64,000 bases of DNA, taken from NCBI GenBank assembly GCA_973851085.1, contig OZ316776.1:14074001-14138000 (forward strand). Direction: 5' to 3'. The translations under genes were made by a program, and so were the position numbers. The DNA is from Ptychomitrium polyphyllum. Taxonomy: Eukaryota. Position 1 is the first letter of the stretch. Each line of letters starts with the position of its first letter. Positions 14,413 through 27,790 of the stretch are shown here, piece by piece. A model generated the notes under the pieces. It saw only the letters and a program-made list of their open reading frames with translations, had not been told where the DNA came from and searched no databases.

Positions 14413-17400
14413 CCACATATATTTGTAATATTTGATCATTTTTTTGCACAGATAGTATAGCAAGTATTTTGGATTATTAGAAGAAGCCTTTTTCAAAAAT
14501 GATCATCAATGTATTTTTTCAATGTTACTAGCTTGCCAGCTTGGTTTGTGTTGGATTGTAGATATGGCCAAAAGATACTTGTATTTCTTTTTGTAGCTTA
14601 ATAGATTAGTTGTAAGATTAAAGCGTTGACAAAATGTCCTCAATATTCTTTGCATATATGTTCTTATTGTTTTAATTTTGATGAGGTATATCTTGAAGAA
14701 CTTCTTTTGAAATAATAGTCATTGCATAAAATGCAAACATTACATTTCTGCTTGTTCCTTTTATAAATGCCTTAGCTTTAAAGAATGATGGCTTAAAGTG
14801 GCTTGTACCTTGACTCCTTGTTTTAGAACCAATATTTTGCAAGCACAAATTCATATTGGAATGATATAATTTAAATAAGGCATGTCTAAGACCACTAGAT
14901 TTTTTAAGACTATATTCAATATTTCTTAAATTCTTGCAACGATATCATTCTAATCTTTGATGCCGCTTGAAAATCATAAAGAATTAGATTGTTGAATTCT
15001 ATAAATGAAAAGGTGAAAAAAAATGCATAGAAATGCAACTTAAAAGAGGGTAATTGACAATTTCTACAAATTGTATATATTCTTTAGCAAGATAAACCAT
15101 GCAATCAAGAAAAACAAAGTTTAGAAGAATAGATGTCAATTTAAAGGAGGATAAACTGCAACATCATTGACACTTAGTTACTTTGAATAAAATGGATAAT
15201 TTTCTCTCTTTTTAACAAAAACTTAGCTTTAACAAAGACAAAGCATTCTTGCCAAACTTTTAGAAGCACAAAAAACAAGAAATTAGATAAAATTTAATCT
15301 CAAGATTTTGCTTCCAAAGTGTTATTAATTTAGAAGAATTAGTATAAGAACTAAAAACAAGGCAACACAATGGATGTCCTTTACAATTTATATTGGCAAA
15401 ATTGAAGTGTACTTTATCTTATTCCTAATTTGTAATGTAAAACCTATGCTTTTGAAGATATTTCTAAAAGATTTTCATACCAAGGTATAGGATATTTTAA
15501 AGGTCTATAAAACTTTTTAAAAAAAATTTCCTAAAGAAAAAGCTTCTAGAAGCCATTGAAAGCTACTGGAAGCTTTCAAAAATTTCTTTGAAGTTTTAAA
15601 AAGGCTTTAAAGGCAATGAAAGGTCATTTATGAATTTGAATTGGCCTTTAAGACTATATTGCATGTTGCATGTGTGTAACACTTCCAAGCAGCTTTTGAA
15701 GACTTTATTAATTTACCTCCTTATTAATATTGTAATAGTGAAAGTAAAAATAAAGTATCCTTTTTAATGAATAGTATTATTCATCACAAATAAATACATT
15801 TTGTATATCATTTTATTCTTTTTTCTTGTCTTTACATAATAATTTTAGTATAACTATTTCTAAATTCAAAATACCTTATTCAAGATATACTAATATAATC
15901 CATTTTAATTCCTATAAAAAAATTATTAAAATTTGACATTATTAATCTTGAAGATTATTACTACCATAATAATTCCATGAGCACCTTTTTAAGTTCAAAA
16001 GCAAATTGAACTAGATAATAATTCCTTCACAATAATAAGCAAATGAGTTTATTTCATTATAAATGCAAGCAGCTCATAGTAATAGCCATGCAAATTCCAA
16101 ATTCAATGCATCTTTAAAGATGTAGGATTTTACATAATGAAGCTTTAACAATTGCCTTAAAATATTTGATAAAATCCATTGCAAGGCAAATAAAAATTCT
16201 ATTACAAATTTGAATTCTTAACAAGATTGTAAAAAATAAAGATGTCATATTTCAAAGATTGGAAACTCTAGCAATGCACAACTTGTAGCATTATAATAAC
16301 CTTATTCAAACTTCCAACGTTCATTTTTTCCACCTAAATTCAAAATACCAACATCTTTAGTTGCTTTATTTCAAATCCTATCTTATAACAAAACTGAATC
16401 CATCAAATTGTAGATATGATAAGAAAAATGACAAAATTTCAAAATAAGAAGAATACAAATACATCTATAAGCAAGCACTCAATAATAAAGAAGGTGACTA
16501 TGAACAACAAACTTTTAATTCAAAAATTTGACCTTTCAAATATAATCAAGCTCCAAAATGACTATACTCAAATTTCAACAAATTAACATTATATCTTGAA
16601 CATGGTTATATTTGAATCCACAAAGGATGCAAATATGTTAAGATGAAAACAACTTCTTTTATAATTCTATTTCTTCTTATAGGTGCCTTTATAAATTTCA
16701 CTATTTAAAAAAAACTCTTGTATATGATAAGTGTGCGGTCTTTAAGATCCATTTGTTAAATGGCATCTTCACTATTGTTACATGGTGACTTAAAAAATTA
16801 AATTTATGAATGCAAACTTGGCTTCAATCTCCAATTTTGTGAAATTGAAATCAACTTATTATAAATTGTAAATCATCAATTTTATTTTATTTATTCAGTT
16901 GATAAATTCTTCATAGTGTGCTATCATGTTCATGCCTAAGATGCTCAATTGGATTTAGATCTGTAATTTGAACAACAATCCTTGTACATGCAACCATTGA
17001 TGCACCTTCCTTTATTTATGGCAAGAAACATTGCCACATTGGAAAATCATCTATGACATATTGATATTTTTGCAACTCATGAGCTCATTGACTGTTTGAT
17101 TCTATAATTCATACAATATTCTCCCATATTCTAGAGATACCAAACCAACCCTAAAATATAACTAAACCTTTGATAGATTTTATTGTCTTGAGCTATTCTT
17201 CACCATGAATACAAACACCAAACTGCAACCATATCAACAAAAGAAGACCTATTTATTTTGGTTTCATTAGAGAGGACAGCATGTTCCCACACCTGTCTCA
17301 CAGAAATGTCCCGTTCTCACAAACTCACTGTGGAGTCTGTGCTGAGGTTTTGCAGCCTCCTGATGCAACTGCTTAAACAAAAGCTCTCTTCTGGACAGAT

Positions 17401-18310
17401 GTAAGAAGCTGAGGTCTACTACCATGTTTGGGTGTAAGATCATGAGAATGCTGCTTTCTGATGCCAGCTACATAGCACTGGAAAACGTTGAGATTTCTAG
17501 CTACTATCCTGTTAAAGAATAAGTACCACCTACAATATACACACACAACAAACTGTGACATTTCAAAAGTTTGATTTCCATCTTTTCTGTGCATGTTTAT
17601 GTGCAGTCAAACACATGCACAACTTTAAATTTGGGAAATGGTTGATGACGGAGATGAAATAGTCAATGCAGCTATACATGCATGAATTGGACTGGTGAAT
17701 GTTTGCCAACATTCTTGTTTGCCATATCAGTAGACTTGAATCCGCATATCATTAGTGCAGGACACGGGCCAAAGTACACATGTAAGTTGCCCATTATGTC
17801 GTCTCACATTAAATGACATCACGAAGTTGGTCTTGTGAGTTATATTCATATTTCGTTCCGTAACCTGTATTTAGCTTCACGTCGTTCGTGTAAACGGACT
17901 TCCTCACTTTAATATGCCAAGTATACTCAGGAATGTACTACATAAGAACAAAATTTCGTACAAACAACAGAACTACAAACATGTACGTGGATTGGGCCAC
18001 TTCAATTGCAAACAGCCAAGCCAGTCTAGTGACTTCACGTTACTGCCAAAAATAAGCACTGATGACTGCACATAATGTTGATGAGCTCTACATCTGGTTA
18101 ATTCCTTGCCAATTGAAAGTCCTAATAAAAGTAAAAACAGAAAGGCTTACAAATTACAAAGTCTACACTGCACTAAATGTATCGAGCTGACCTCGATTCT
18201 AATGAGACATTCAAATGTTTCCCAACACAGTGGGATTCCAGCAACATTCAGGACTATTTTAACAGGTGCAAGTATGCTTGTTACATTTCAGGTGTCGGCT
18301 CTTTAAGGAC

Positions 18311-21300
18311 TTAAATTACCTGAGCTGGACTTTGAAGAGCATCATCTGTTATATTTGCCTTACTTTCTATATGATGCTGCTCTTCCACAGACGATTCTTC
18401 CGTAACTTCATTGGCATCACCTCTACTGTTAGTCTCATGGTCAGCCACGGAGACCTTGTTAGCAGGGACCAAACTCTCCGGAGGCCGATTAATTGAGGAA
18501 GTAGAGACCCAAGCAAGATTTAAAGACTGGCCATGAAACCACCTGCCTTGGGTCATAGCTCTTTCTGCACTTCGTCGAGTAGTGTAGCTTACCCGCATAG
18601 AGCAGTTCGTATTCCATGGCTGTCCTAAGCCCATTTTTTGGCTGTCTAATTCCTCAACTTCCACGCTCAACAGCTCACCAAATACTGCAAAATGTTCTCT
18701 TACGGTTGAAACCTGTTCAAATAACAAGCACAAATCTTTAAACTCGGAATAGAGTATTAGTACTCCACCTCGTCAACTCGGCCACAAACCATAATAACAT
18801 CCTGCTTATGCTACGCCCAAGCCAGCAACATTCTTGCTCACTTCAACAAAGGAAAGAGAAACTAACACTTACATCAGAGATAGTAGCTGGAAGGGGAGGC
18901 AGCACTCTAAAAGTAGTAGTCCGATTATCAAGTTTAAATCGTGCAGGACCCCAAGCAGCTGTGGAATGTCCAACTGATACTCCAGAAGTTGTCCGAGGGC
19001 GAGGAGACCTTGTAGGCTTCAACAACACCTGTTGCACTCCTAGCTGTGCAGCTTCACCTGAGCTGGTCTTTCTAAGGCCAGGACTGGCTTGTGAATTAAT
19101 AAGTAGGGTCTCTTTCGAGACTCTGACGTCACCAGCATTATTCACTTTCTGCCGCTTGCTAGCCTGCTCTCCTATATGTTCCTCAATTCCTGTAACTCCC
19201 TGAAATGAAGTAAAAAAGGTCAGACACAAAGATAAACGAAGCAACGATGTTGCTGAGGGTCCTATACGGATGACCTGTAAATCCTTAAAAACACTGTAGG
19301 ACATCTTTCATAACAAGACCCAACCTATAGAGGGTGGTTTGTGAACAGGTGAAACACGTATAAAAATAAGAGGATATTCTAACAAATTATAAACGATGAA
19401 GGTGCACAATTTACCTGACTAGCAAGCTTGTCGAGCTTCCGCCGGAAGTCGTCGCGTTTCTGAGCAAGAGCCTCTTGTTTTTGACGAATCTTCTCACGCA
19501 TGAGCTCAAGTTCTTCCTGCTTCTTTGATGCCATTGCTACGGGGATAGGTAAGGAAGACGCAGAATCGTTTGAAGTGGTGGCTTTGTTGTTACCTTCTGT
19601 GATTGAAGCTCCTGACATGCTGGCAACCACTCCATTCAGACCAGTAAAACCCAGCTTTCCCCTACCTTTACCTGACTGTGCAGCAGCAATACCACCTGTA
19701 GGCTCAGAGCCAGCGGTTGGCGACTGACCAGTAAAAGAGGTGGAAGCACCATTATCACCAATGATACTATCCCGATTAGCCCAAGATAGCCTTATAAAGC
19801 GATTTCCCATTACAGCGTCAGGGGAAGCCAGTGCCGATTCTGCCTCCTCGCGAGTAGCAAACTGGACAAAGGCTCTGTCACTGTGAGGTGGAATTCGAAC
19901 ATCCACAACACGTCCAAACTTTTCAAAGTGCATGAGCAAGACTTCTGCACGATTTGAATTGGGAGGTATGCAGCTCACATAAAGTGTGCACTGAGCACGT
20001 TCTACAGTGCGACCAGAAGCACGTGGCCCTGAGATGGTCCCCTCTTTCGGGCGGTTGAATGGAGGACCTACCTCTGCCCACCCGGCAGCACCTCGTCCTC
20101 GTCCAGGATTTGCAGTCATATTGGTGGCTCCATTATCAGGTTCACGGTCTCCCCATCTTCCTGGCTGCCACGAAACTCCTCTGCCTTGACCCCACTGTTC
20201 CTCTGGCTTGACCTCCAAACTTGCTGCACTTACATCTACAGGTCCAATACGATCCCAAACAGTAGACCCTGCATCCACACCATGCAAGCCGGTATTGTTT
20301 GCACCTCTATTACCACCATCAATTCCCCGCACATCTGGATTCTTCTTTAGTTCTGCTTTCTCTTTTTCTTCCTCGGGATGTTCCGTCTGAAAAGATGACA
20401 ACTTCCTAATCCTTCCCGTCGCCTCAGGTCTGTCTTTATTCCAAAGAGGTTGATCAGGATCATATAAATCAGGTTCAGCACCAGACACTTGGCCACTCAA
20501 CATAATAGGGACTTCTAGTGGGGGAATGCTTGGCTCCCGGCTACCTCGGTTCCCCCGAGAACTTGAAGGTGCAACAGTGGGCAACATGGCATTGGAGGTA
20601 GCCATTTGGCCAGGCTGCACAACCATACCTCGGCCATTTGAAAGGTTGACGGGTAGGTTAAACTTGGAAAGGCTCTGCAAAGCGAGCAACAATCAATATA
20701 CTGGGTTGAAAGAAGGGAAACGACCCTGGCTAACAACTGACATTTCCTTCGTAAATTTCCAGACAAGTGAACTACAATACTCATGCTTCTCACTAACGCA
20801 CTAAAAGGGGGCATTATATTGCAGGTCAGCATCTGTAGATATGAGAATTTAACAAGAACCGGCTAAGTTCCATCGTGCACGCTTCCAGATAATATAAAAA
20901 CAAAACCCAATCAAAGACACGATGGACGCTACATGTAGGAGGGATATTGCATCATACCTGCACGTCCTCCACAACAATATGAGACCCATGATCCATAGGA
21001 CATAGATCTCCTCGCAGACAAAACCCCCGTTCTTCAAAATCCAGACACCTCGGTCGCACAGGTCCAATGCCCATTCCCATACCTAGATTCATAACCCCAG
21101 GAGGTCCTCGCCCAGCATGCGCATGCTCTAAGGAACCAGGACCCATGCCACCCGTGTGTCCAAACCCCACCGGCCACCCTGCTCCACGACCACCCAGGCC
21201 CCTGCCATTTGGGAAAAAGCCTGCATTCAGGGGCAACAAAGGCGGTGCATCACCAAAAGGGGGCGGCATAGGACCAACCCAATTACCAACCCCTCTGCCA

Positions 21301-23036
21301 CGACCCATGCGAATGCCATCAAGCCGCATGTTTAGTGCATCTCCTCGAAACGGAGGACCACTGCCACGCAAAAGACCTCGTTCTGACTGATCTCCATTGC
21401 TGAATCGACCTCCTCCATCACGGCCTGGTCGTCTTTCAAACTTCGACGGTCTTTCGCGATCAAACTGACCAGGTCCTCTCCCATGGTCACCGGTTTGGCG
21501 TTTCGAGTCATTTGAGCCAACTCCGTTATATCGAGAAACATTAGGTTCGTCAATTCGATCTGTAGATCTTGATCGAGAAACTCGGCGTCGATGCTTGTGG
21601 TTGCGGTCATCATCACTACTTTCTTCTTCCTCTAGTTCGTCTTCCCACTCCTGCGCACCAGTAATTGGCAGCCTCTCCAGATGAGAAGGTGATATCCTGG
21701 TATCCACAGCACTGGCAACCGTCTCTATATTGTCGAGTGACTTGACACCCTCTAAGTCTTCCATACTTGAGGGAAATCTTCCGTCGTCAAGAGCATTAAA
21801 AAGATTGACAACAAATGAGTTTGTTCCTGCACCCACGGCTGGTAGGAGATGATTAATAGAACTCCCCTCTTCTAGCAGTTCCAACCATCAGTACGTTAAC
21901 ATGTAGAGTGGTTCTTGAGCGAACTTCAAAGAGAGTGAACTCTTGATAGAAGCTCAATCCTGGGGAGAAGGTAGCTTGTCAGGCAAGGCAGATTCAACTG
22001 CAGAGCATGAACTGACCTTCTCCAAGAAAATCGTGGAGCTGATCCACGCACAACGTCTGGAGTTCCTTCTTCGACTTATTGTTCTTTAACAATGCTGCAA
22101 CATAGTCAGCAAGCAAAGTAGGATCTGCTTCGGTCCTGGATACGATATCAAAATTGGGTTCAGTCATTTGAACACATTCGAAAGGACTATTTGAATGTTC
22201 ACAAAAGGACATCCAGCAATGATGAGTCTCTGTCCACGTCAACAACTAATGAATCTTCTTGATTGATAAGTTTCACCTATCTAGCCGTCTTTTAAACGTT
22301 TACCGGCGTTGCAAGATACCTCATTATTTCCTACTTCTCAGCATATATTAATGTAACATGCTTCAAAAACTATAGTTTAAGACATCAAACCCCTCAGTCT
22401 ATCCAACAACGACAACCATGTGTTCAGCCTTACAATATGCTCTGCGACCGCTCTGCTTCGGATGCCTACGGATAGATAGCAATCATAATCGTTGGAAATC
22501 AGTCTGGCATAACCTATTAAATAGCGATTGAATTGCATCCTATGCGCCGAGTGAATTTCACATTCGAATTTTTGAAATTCACGGGTTGGTTGAAGTTTTG
22601 AATTGGTTAAGTTTTCTTCAAACAATGCCTGATGATATGAACTTATTTATGAGAAACAACGTATATGTAGGAACCTACAACCGTTTGCAGGAAAATATCT
22701 TAATCATACTAGGTGCGACCAGATAGAAGGCGTGAAAGCAGGACCTACTGATGTCTCGTGACTTCAAAATACGTAATTACCGAGAAAATTGAACGTATTC
22801 GCCAACGAAATGCAAACAGAGTATCCCGAGTCATCAAACAAAAGCGCTTTATAGTAGCACACCCTGGCAATAGCTCTACTGGTGGGACGTTGAACTTGTG
22901 TAACGCCTGAAATAGTCCGAGACCACGCGAGAAGGGGCTGAACCTAAAGACGGAAAGTAAGAAAGGATAGAGGTACTCACAATGGTTTTAGGTGTTGGAT
23001 CAAGTAGTGATTAAGCAGTGTCTCGTCAATCCTCAT
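18311..23036 (-). CDS. RBM26/RBM27-like RNA-binding protein (PWI, CCCH zinc finger, two RRMs)
   Basis: Exons 23036-22981, 22135-22017, 21826-20958, 20674-19415, 19199-18873, 18712-18311. PWI-like LKPLTEADPTLLADYVAALLK; CCCH RCLDFEERGFCLRGDLCPMDHG; YDPDQPLW; RRM AFVQFATREEAESALASPDAVMGNRFIRLSWA; coiled coil; second RRM (HFAVFGEL...SYTTRRSAERAM). The last exon may instead splice at 18320 to ATG TAG at 18093-18088. Confidence 0.9.
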
Positions 23037-23464
23037 GCTGCTCTCCTCGCCGCCCCTACACGACCCTCTATCTTACAAGCCCCATCCCCAAAGAACCGGC
23101 GCTAGCCGGACGCCAAGCCATAAATGTCGCGAGAGGCCGGCATGGCAAACGCACGAGAACAAAAAAGGCAGGAGTGAGGGACGGAGACGGCGACAATCGG
23201 AGCAAGAGAGAGGACAATGGAGGAGTAGGAAGGGAAGGCAACGGGAGCGGTTGGGGGTGGGGGGGGGGCAGGAATTAGATAGTATGAGGGCCAGGCAGAG
23301 CCAAGACAGGGAAACGACCGTGCAAGCGTGGTTAGGAATGAGCACCAAACCCTAATGCGGAATCAGCACTAACGTAGTCTGGACTCTGAACTCTGCACTC
23401 TGGTTGAAGGCCACAAGGCTACACCCAAAAGCCGAGCACCAGCACCAGCGAAAGGGGCCTGGCC

Positions 23465-23570
23465 TCCGGCTCGGGCTGGGGCTGGGGTTCGGGCTGGGGC
23501 TGGGGCTCGGGTTCGGCTCGTCTCCTCCCTCCTGCAAGCCAAACCAGCGCACGCACGCACGCACGCACTG
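23465..23570. repeat. GGGGCT/GGGTTC hexamer repeats and (GCAC)n microsatellite upstream of the RBM26/27-like gene
   Basis: gggctggggctggggttcgggctggggctggggctcgggttcgg and gcacgcacgcacgcacgcac read directly. Confidence 0.7.
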
Positions 23571-24299
23571 AATGCTGATGACGAGTGTGCGTCCCGTCCC
23601 GCCCCGGCTTCCCACCCCCACCCCCGCCCCCAGCCCTCAACTATAACTTCCATGACAGCCACCTGTACCACCCCTAGCACCCGCACCTCACCCGCAACTC
23701 TCCGCCCTCCCGTGTGCCACGGAACGTCCGGCTCTCTAACATTCCCCGGGCTGCACTCCCAAAGTTCCAACCCTCCCCCCTCCCCCTCGACGCATTCCCT
23801 CACCACACTATTCTCTCACCACATTATTTTCAGCATATAAGTGAATTTAAAATCTACATTGTTTTCATCCAATTCTAACTCCTAATATAATTAAACATTT
23901 TTTCATATGATTAAGATATTATCTTCTTATTAGTATAGATTAATAAGAAGGTATGATCTTTTTTAATTCAAGAGGCATTTTCCATTTTCAATATTAGTTT
24001 CCTTGGTTATAGCCTATAAGCCATAAAGGTATAAACATGCTTCAATCTACAATACAAAAATTGCTATTATTGCCTATATTATATTTCTAAATAAATAAAG
24101 AAGTTTTTTTTGGATAAGACCTTAATACAAGCTTTTAATTTTAATAATCATTTAATACCTCTAAATACATGTCTAAACTTATTAAAAATTTATTTGAGAA
24201 TATTATAAGACTAAATAAGAACTTTTAAGGTGAACAAATTTAAATAATTAGCATATAAATATTCAAGTGCTATAAATTTGTCAAAGGTTGTAAGAAATA

Positions 24300-25560
24300 A
24301 TCAAATGCACAATATGTTTGATGTAATTACTATGATAATTGAACAAAGGATTTAATAGAATTGAATTTGTGGAGGGCAAAAGTATTTAATCAAGTTTTTA
24401 ATAATTACTATCCACTTTAGCAAACCAAAATGTTCTTATACCTCAAAGAACAATTCAAAATACATCTTTGCTAAATCTTTATGTAGCTTGTAAGAAGCGT
24501 TGTAAGAGTACAAAGTTTAACAAATTAAATGCTTTTGCATCATATATTGCTAAGCTTTTTTGCATTGCTTTTTAAGTTGCACAATCTAAGATTGACCTAA
24601 TATTACAAATAAGAACAACAATCAAGTATCATTATATTTTATGTTTTTTATTTCAACAAAATTTTAGCATATACAATAAACTTTGTTTATGATAGAAAAT
24701 AAAATGACATCCATTTCATTACAATTATGTATTTGTTGTATAAATCTACATGAAAAAGTAGTTACATGTCATGAATTTGAATTTCCTCATTTCAATTGCA
24801 TGTGGAAAATAAAAAAATCATAAACATTATGATTTGTTTCAATTGAAAGTCTATATATATAATTTAGAATGAAACTTCATCCTTTAAGCTAACATTAGTA
24901 ATCAATAAAATTAAACTTTGGTCTAAGTTTTTTTTAATAATCTTCTGTATATATGAACAATGATTTAATAGCAATGTCTTCATTCCATTTTTATAAATGT
25001 TAAGTTTTTATTGCTTTATTCTTAGTTTGTGCAATTGTTGAATAATTACATATGGAACAATGGATTCAAAAAATAGATAGTCTTTGGAACTAAGCATTAT
25101 ATTATTAAATCATTAGGTAATATTATCCTTGTAATTTTATAATAATTTGGCTCCTTGTATAGTATCTTGTGCTTTATAGCAAAGTGTGGTTTTATTACAA
25201 ATATCATTTTTGAATTGGAATGTTTTAAATCTTAGGTTGTGAATTTGAATGTGCAATATTTAATTGAAAATGGAGCACTTATTTTTTTATTTTTTTATTT
25301 TAGCACCATTATAATTTTTGCATTGAATTTGCTTAAAAACATCTATATAGATGTTGTCCTCCAATTTGTTATATATGAATGCTATTGTCAAATCTAATTG
25401 ATGCATTTCTAAATTTGTAGCTACATAAAAAATAAGATTGATCCATATGTTTGTAAAATTGAAAATGGGAGCCAATATCTTATTGAAATCAATGCCATTC
25501 AATTGTAACTATCCCTTTGCTATTTAGTTGTGACTACCCCACTTGTTTAAAACATTATAA
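24300..25560 (-). mobile_element. Highly degenerate Ty1/Copia reverse transcriptase remnant
   Basis: ORF 25287-25502 GIDFNKILAPI...NLEMHQLDLTIAFIYNKLEDNIYI corresponds to the Copia RT GIDF.E.FAPV...HQMDVKTAFLNG.L.E.IY motif. Left boundary approximate. Confidence 0.7.
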
Positions 25561-25749
25561 TGATGCTTAATTTTTAAAAAAAATTATATGTGCCATTAGC
25601 CATAAGAAACTTCAAATTTGTTATGCATGGTTATAATCTATTTATATGCATTTAAAATTTTTATTCCTTTGCAAATGTCAAAAGATGTAGAAAAAGGGTC
25701 ATACTTGCAATATTTCCAAGCAGAGTTTCTCAAATGTTACATAAGCCAA

Positions 25750-27260
25750 AATGCTTATGTATACATAAGCTAAGTTCTCTACATTTGTTTGCAATCAATT
25801 CAATGGTCTGCATTCCTTAATATCACTCCATATCTTATAATAAACAAAAAAATCCGTCTTGAACCTCTAATTGCCTTTAAGATTAATCTTATTTACATAA
25901 CAAATGTCATTCAAAAAAATATCTTTACCTTCAAGTCTCAAAAGATTAGATACTCAATAAGCCTTTAGATATTACTTAGTCTTCTTTACTATAACACCAT
26001 ATTTACTATAATGAGAAATTTTGAATTTCCAAACGCTAACATTGTACATTAGTTATGCAATAGCTAAATAGTCCAAAGGTTATTGTTTTGTTCCATTATA
26101 ATGGATATGGCAATGTATAGCCTTAATGCAATGAAAATATGTTGACTCATCATACTTAATAAAAATGCACAATTAGCCAAAATACAAACCATCAAATATT
26201 CTACATCTATGTATGAAATGTTTCACATAATAATCTCTGAGGTATTATAATTTATTGATGTAGAATGTTGTTGGATGATGCAATGGAGTATGGAGCAATG
26301 AGAGACCTTGTACTACACACATGGATATGTTTGAATGCATTGCATATGTCAAAGTGCTCAACTGAAGAAAAAACATATTTTGTGCAAAGGCAAAAAAAAG
26401 GGCTTGTTCCTAAGATATTATGAAGGCAACAAGACATATAGGTTGATATACTTAAGTCTAAAAAGATAATTGGAAGCTAAAATGTCATGGTTGTAGAAGA
26501 CACCTATCTAAGCAATTTTTTTAAAAAACATCAAAGTAGAAGAAGTACTAGATAAAGCTTTCAAATCAACTTTTATAGCTGAAGGTAAGGCGATGATGGA
26601 TACATGGAAAAGAAAAGCAGGTGGTGAAGCTACAAATCCTTGCTTTAAGATAGTGAATAACTAAAGTTATTACAAAGTAACAAGCACAAAGTGATGAAGC
26701 AAGAAATTAATTAATTTAAAAACATTAAAATTTAGCACGGAGTAAATAAGTAAGAAACTAATTTATTTAAGAGTACCAATATCTAGCAAGAAAGTGCCAA
26801 CTACTTAGAGAGTAGTGGAAGTATTACATATTGCAGCAAGTGCACAAAGAGCATATAGATAGAGCATCTTTCATTGATCAGATCATCTTGAAAGTGGCCA
26901 ACTAACTTGATAATGCAAGCAATTGGAAGCATGCAATGAAAAAGAGTAGGAATTCCTAATGGCCAATGGAACTTGGAATTTGACTCTTGTTTAGAGGTTG
27001 CAAGAATGTGGAATATAAATGGATGTTTTATACTAAAAAATATACATCAAACTTGATCATGCATCACAAAGTGAGGCTTATAGTAAAGAGACATTCATAA
27101 GTTGCAAGCATAAATTTCAACAAGAATTTTGCACCCGTAGCCAATTTTACCACATTAAATGGATTTTTGGAATTAAAAAAGTCTAAGATTTGGAAATATA
27201 CCAAATGAATATGAAGATGACTTTTTTAAATGGAAAATTAGAAGAAAGTATTTAACAGGG
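25750..27260 (+). mobile_element. Degenerate Ty1/Copia integrase-RT remnant
   Basis: At about 26920-27250: WKHAMKKE*EFLMANGTWNL, KWMF, HKVRLIVK, INFNKNFAPVA, YQMNMKMTFLNGKLEESI across stops and frameshifts. Left boundary approximate. Confidence 0.7.
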
Positions 27261-27289
27261 ACGAATTCAAGAAATTTAGGCAAGAAAGT

Positions 27290-27790
27290 TTGATATTACA
27301 TATATATTAGAAATATATTAGGAAGATTTTTAGAAGATTTAAGAAGGTCAAAAAAACGTCTTGAAGAAGTTACCTTGGTTAAAGAATCTTCCAATAAAGA
27401 AATTTAAGATTACTTGAGTACAAAGCATTATGTTGGAAGCTTTTTTAAAAGCTTTTAAGGCTTGTAGTTCTAGTATATATAAGAATTGAGGTTGAAGAAA
27501 ATTTCAATTTTGACAACAATCTCTTATAATCTAATTCAAACCTTTTAGCCTTGTACCTTATCATGATTCTTAATTTTTGGTATATGGTTTAGTTATATTA
27601 TTTCTTTTACTTTGTCTTCCATTCATAATAGCTAAGCCATTTCATATACAAATTAAAGAGGTCTTGTACGATGTCAAAATATATGTGTGCTTGTCTTATA
27701 AACACAAGGCTTGTTTTTATATTAGGCTAAAATCCTTGTATTTTACTTATACCTCTTCTTTCTAGTTTAGGTTTCTACATCAACTAAATA
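27290..27790 (+). repeat. LTR-like dispersed repeat (same family as 13530-14412 and 62240-63360)
   Basis: gaagaagttaccttggttaaag...caaagcattatgttggaagct...tatatataagaattgaggttg aligns by eye with 62995-63110 (aagaagttaccttggttgaaaag...caaagcattgtattagaagct). Confidence 0.6.

Noticed and set aside
14500..17000. Possible hAT transposase debris (TQWMS resembling TRW near 15365)
   Set aside because: Single short motif in AT-rich DNA; no sustained frame or terminal inverted repeats seen.
23018..23840. Multiple overlapping ORFs upstream of the RBM26/27-like start
   Set aside because: GC-rich 5' UTR and promoter with simple repeats; no domain signal.
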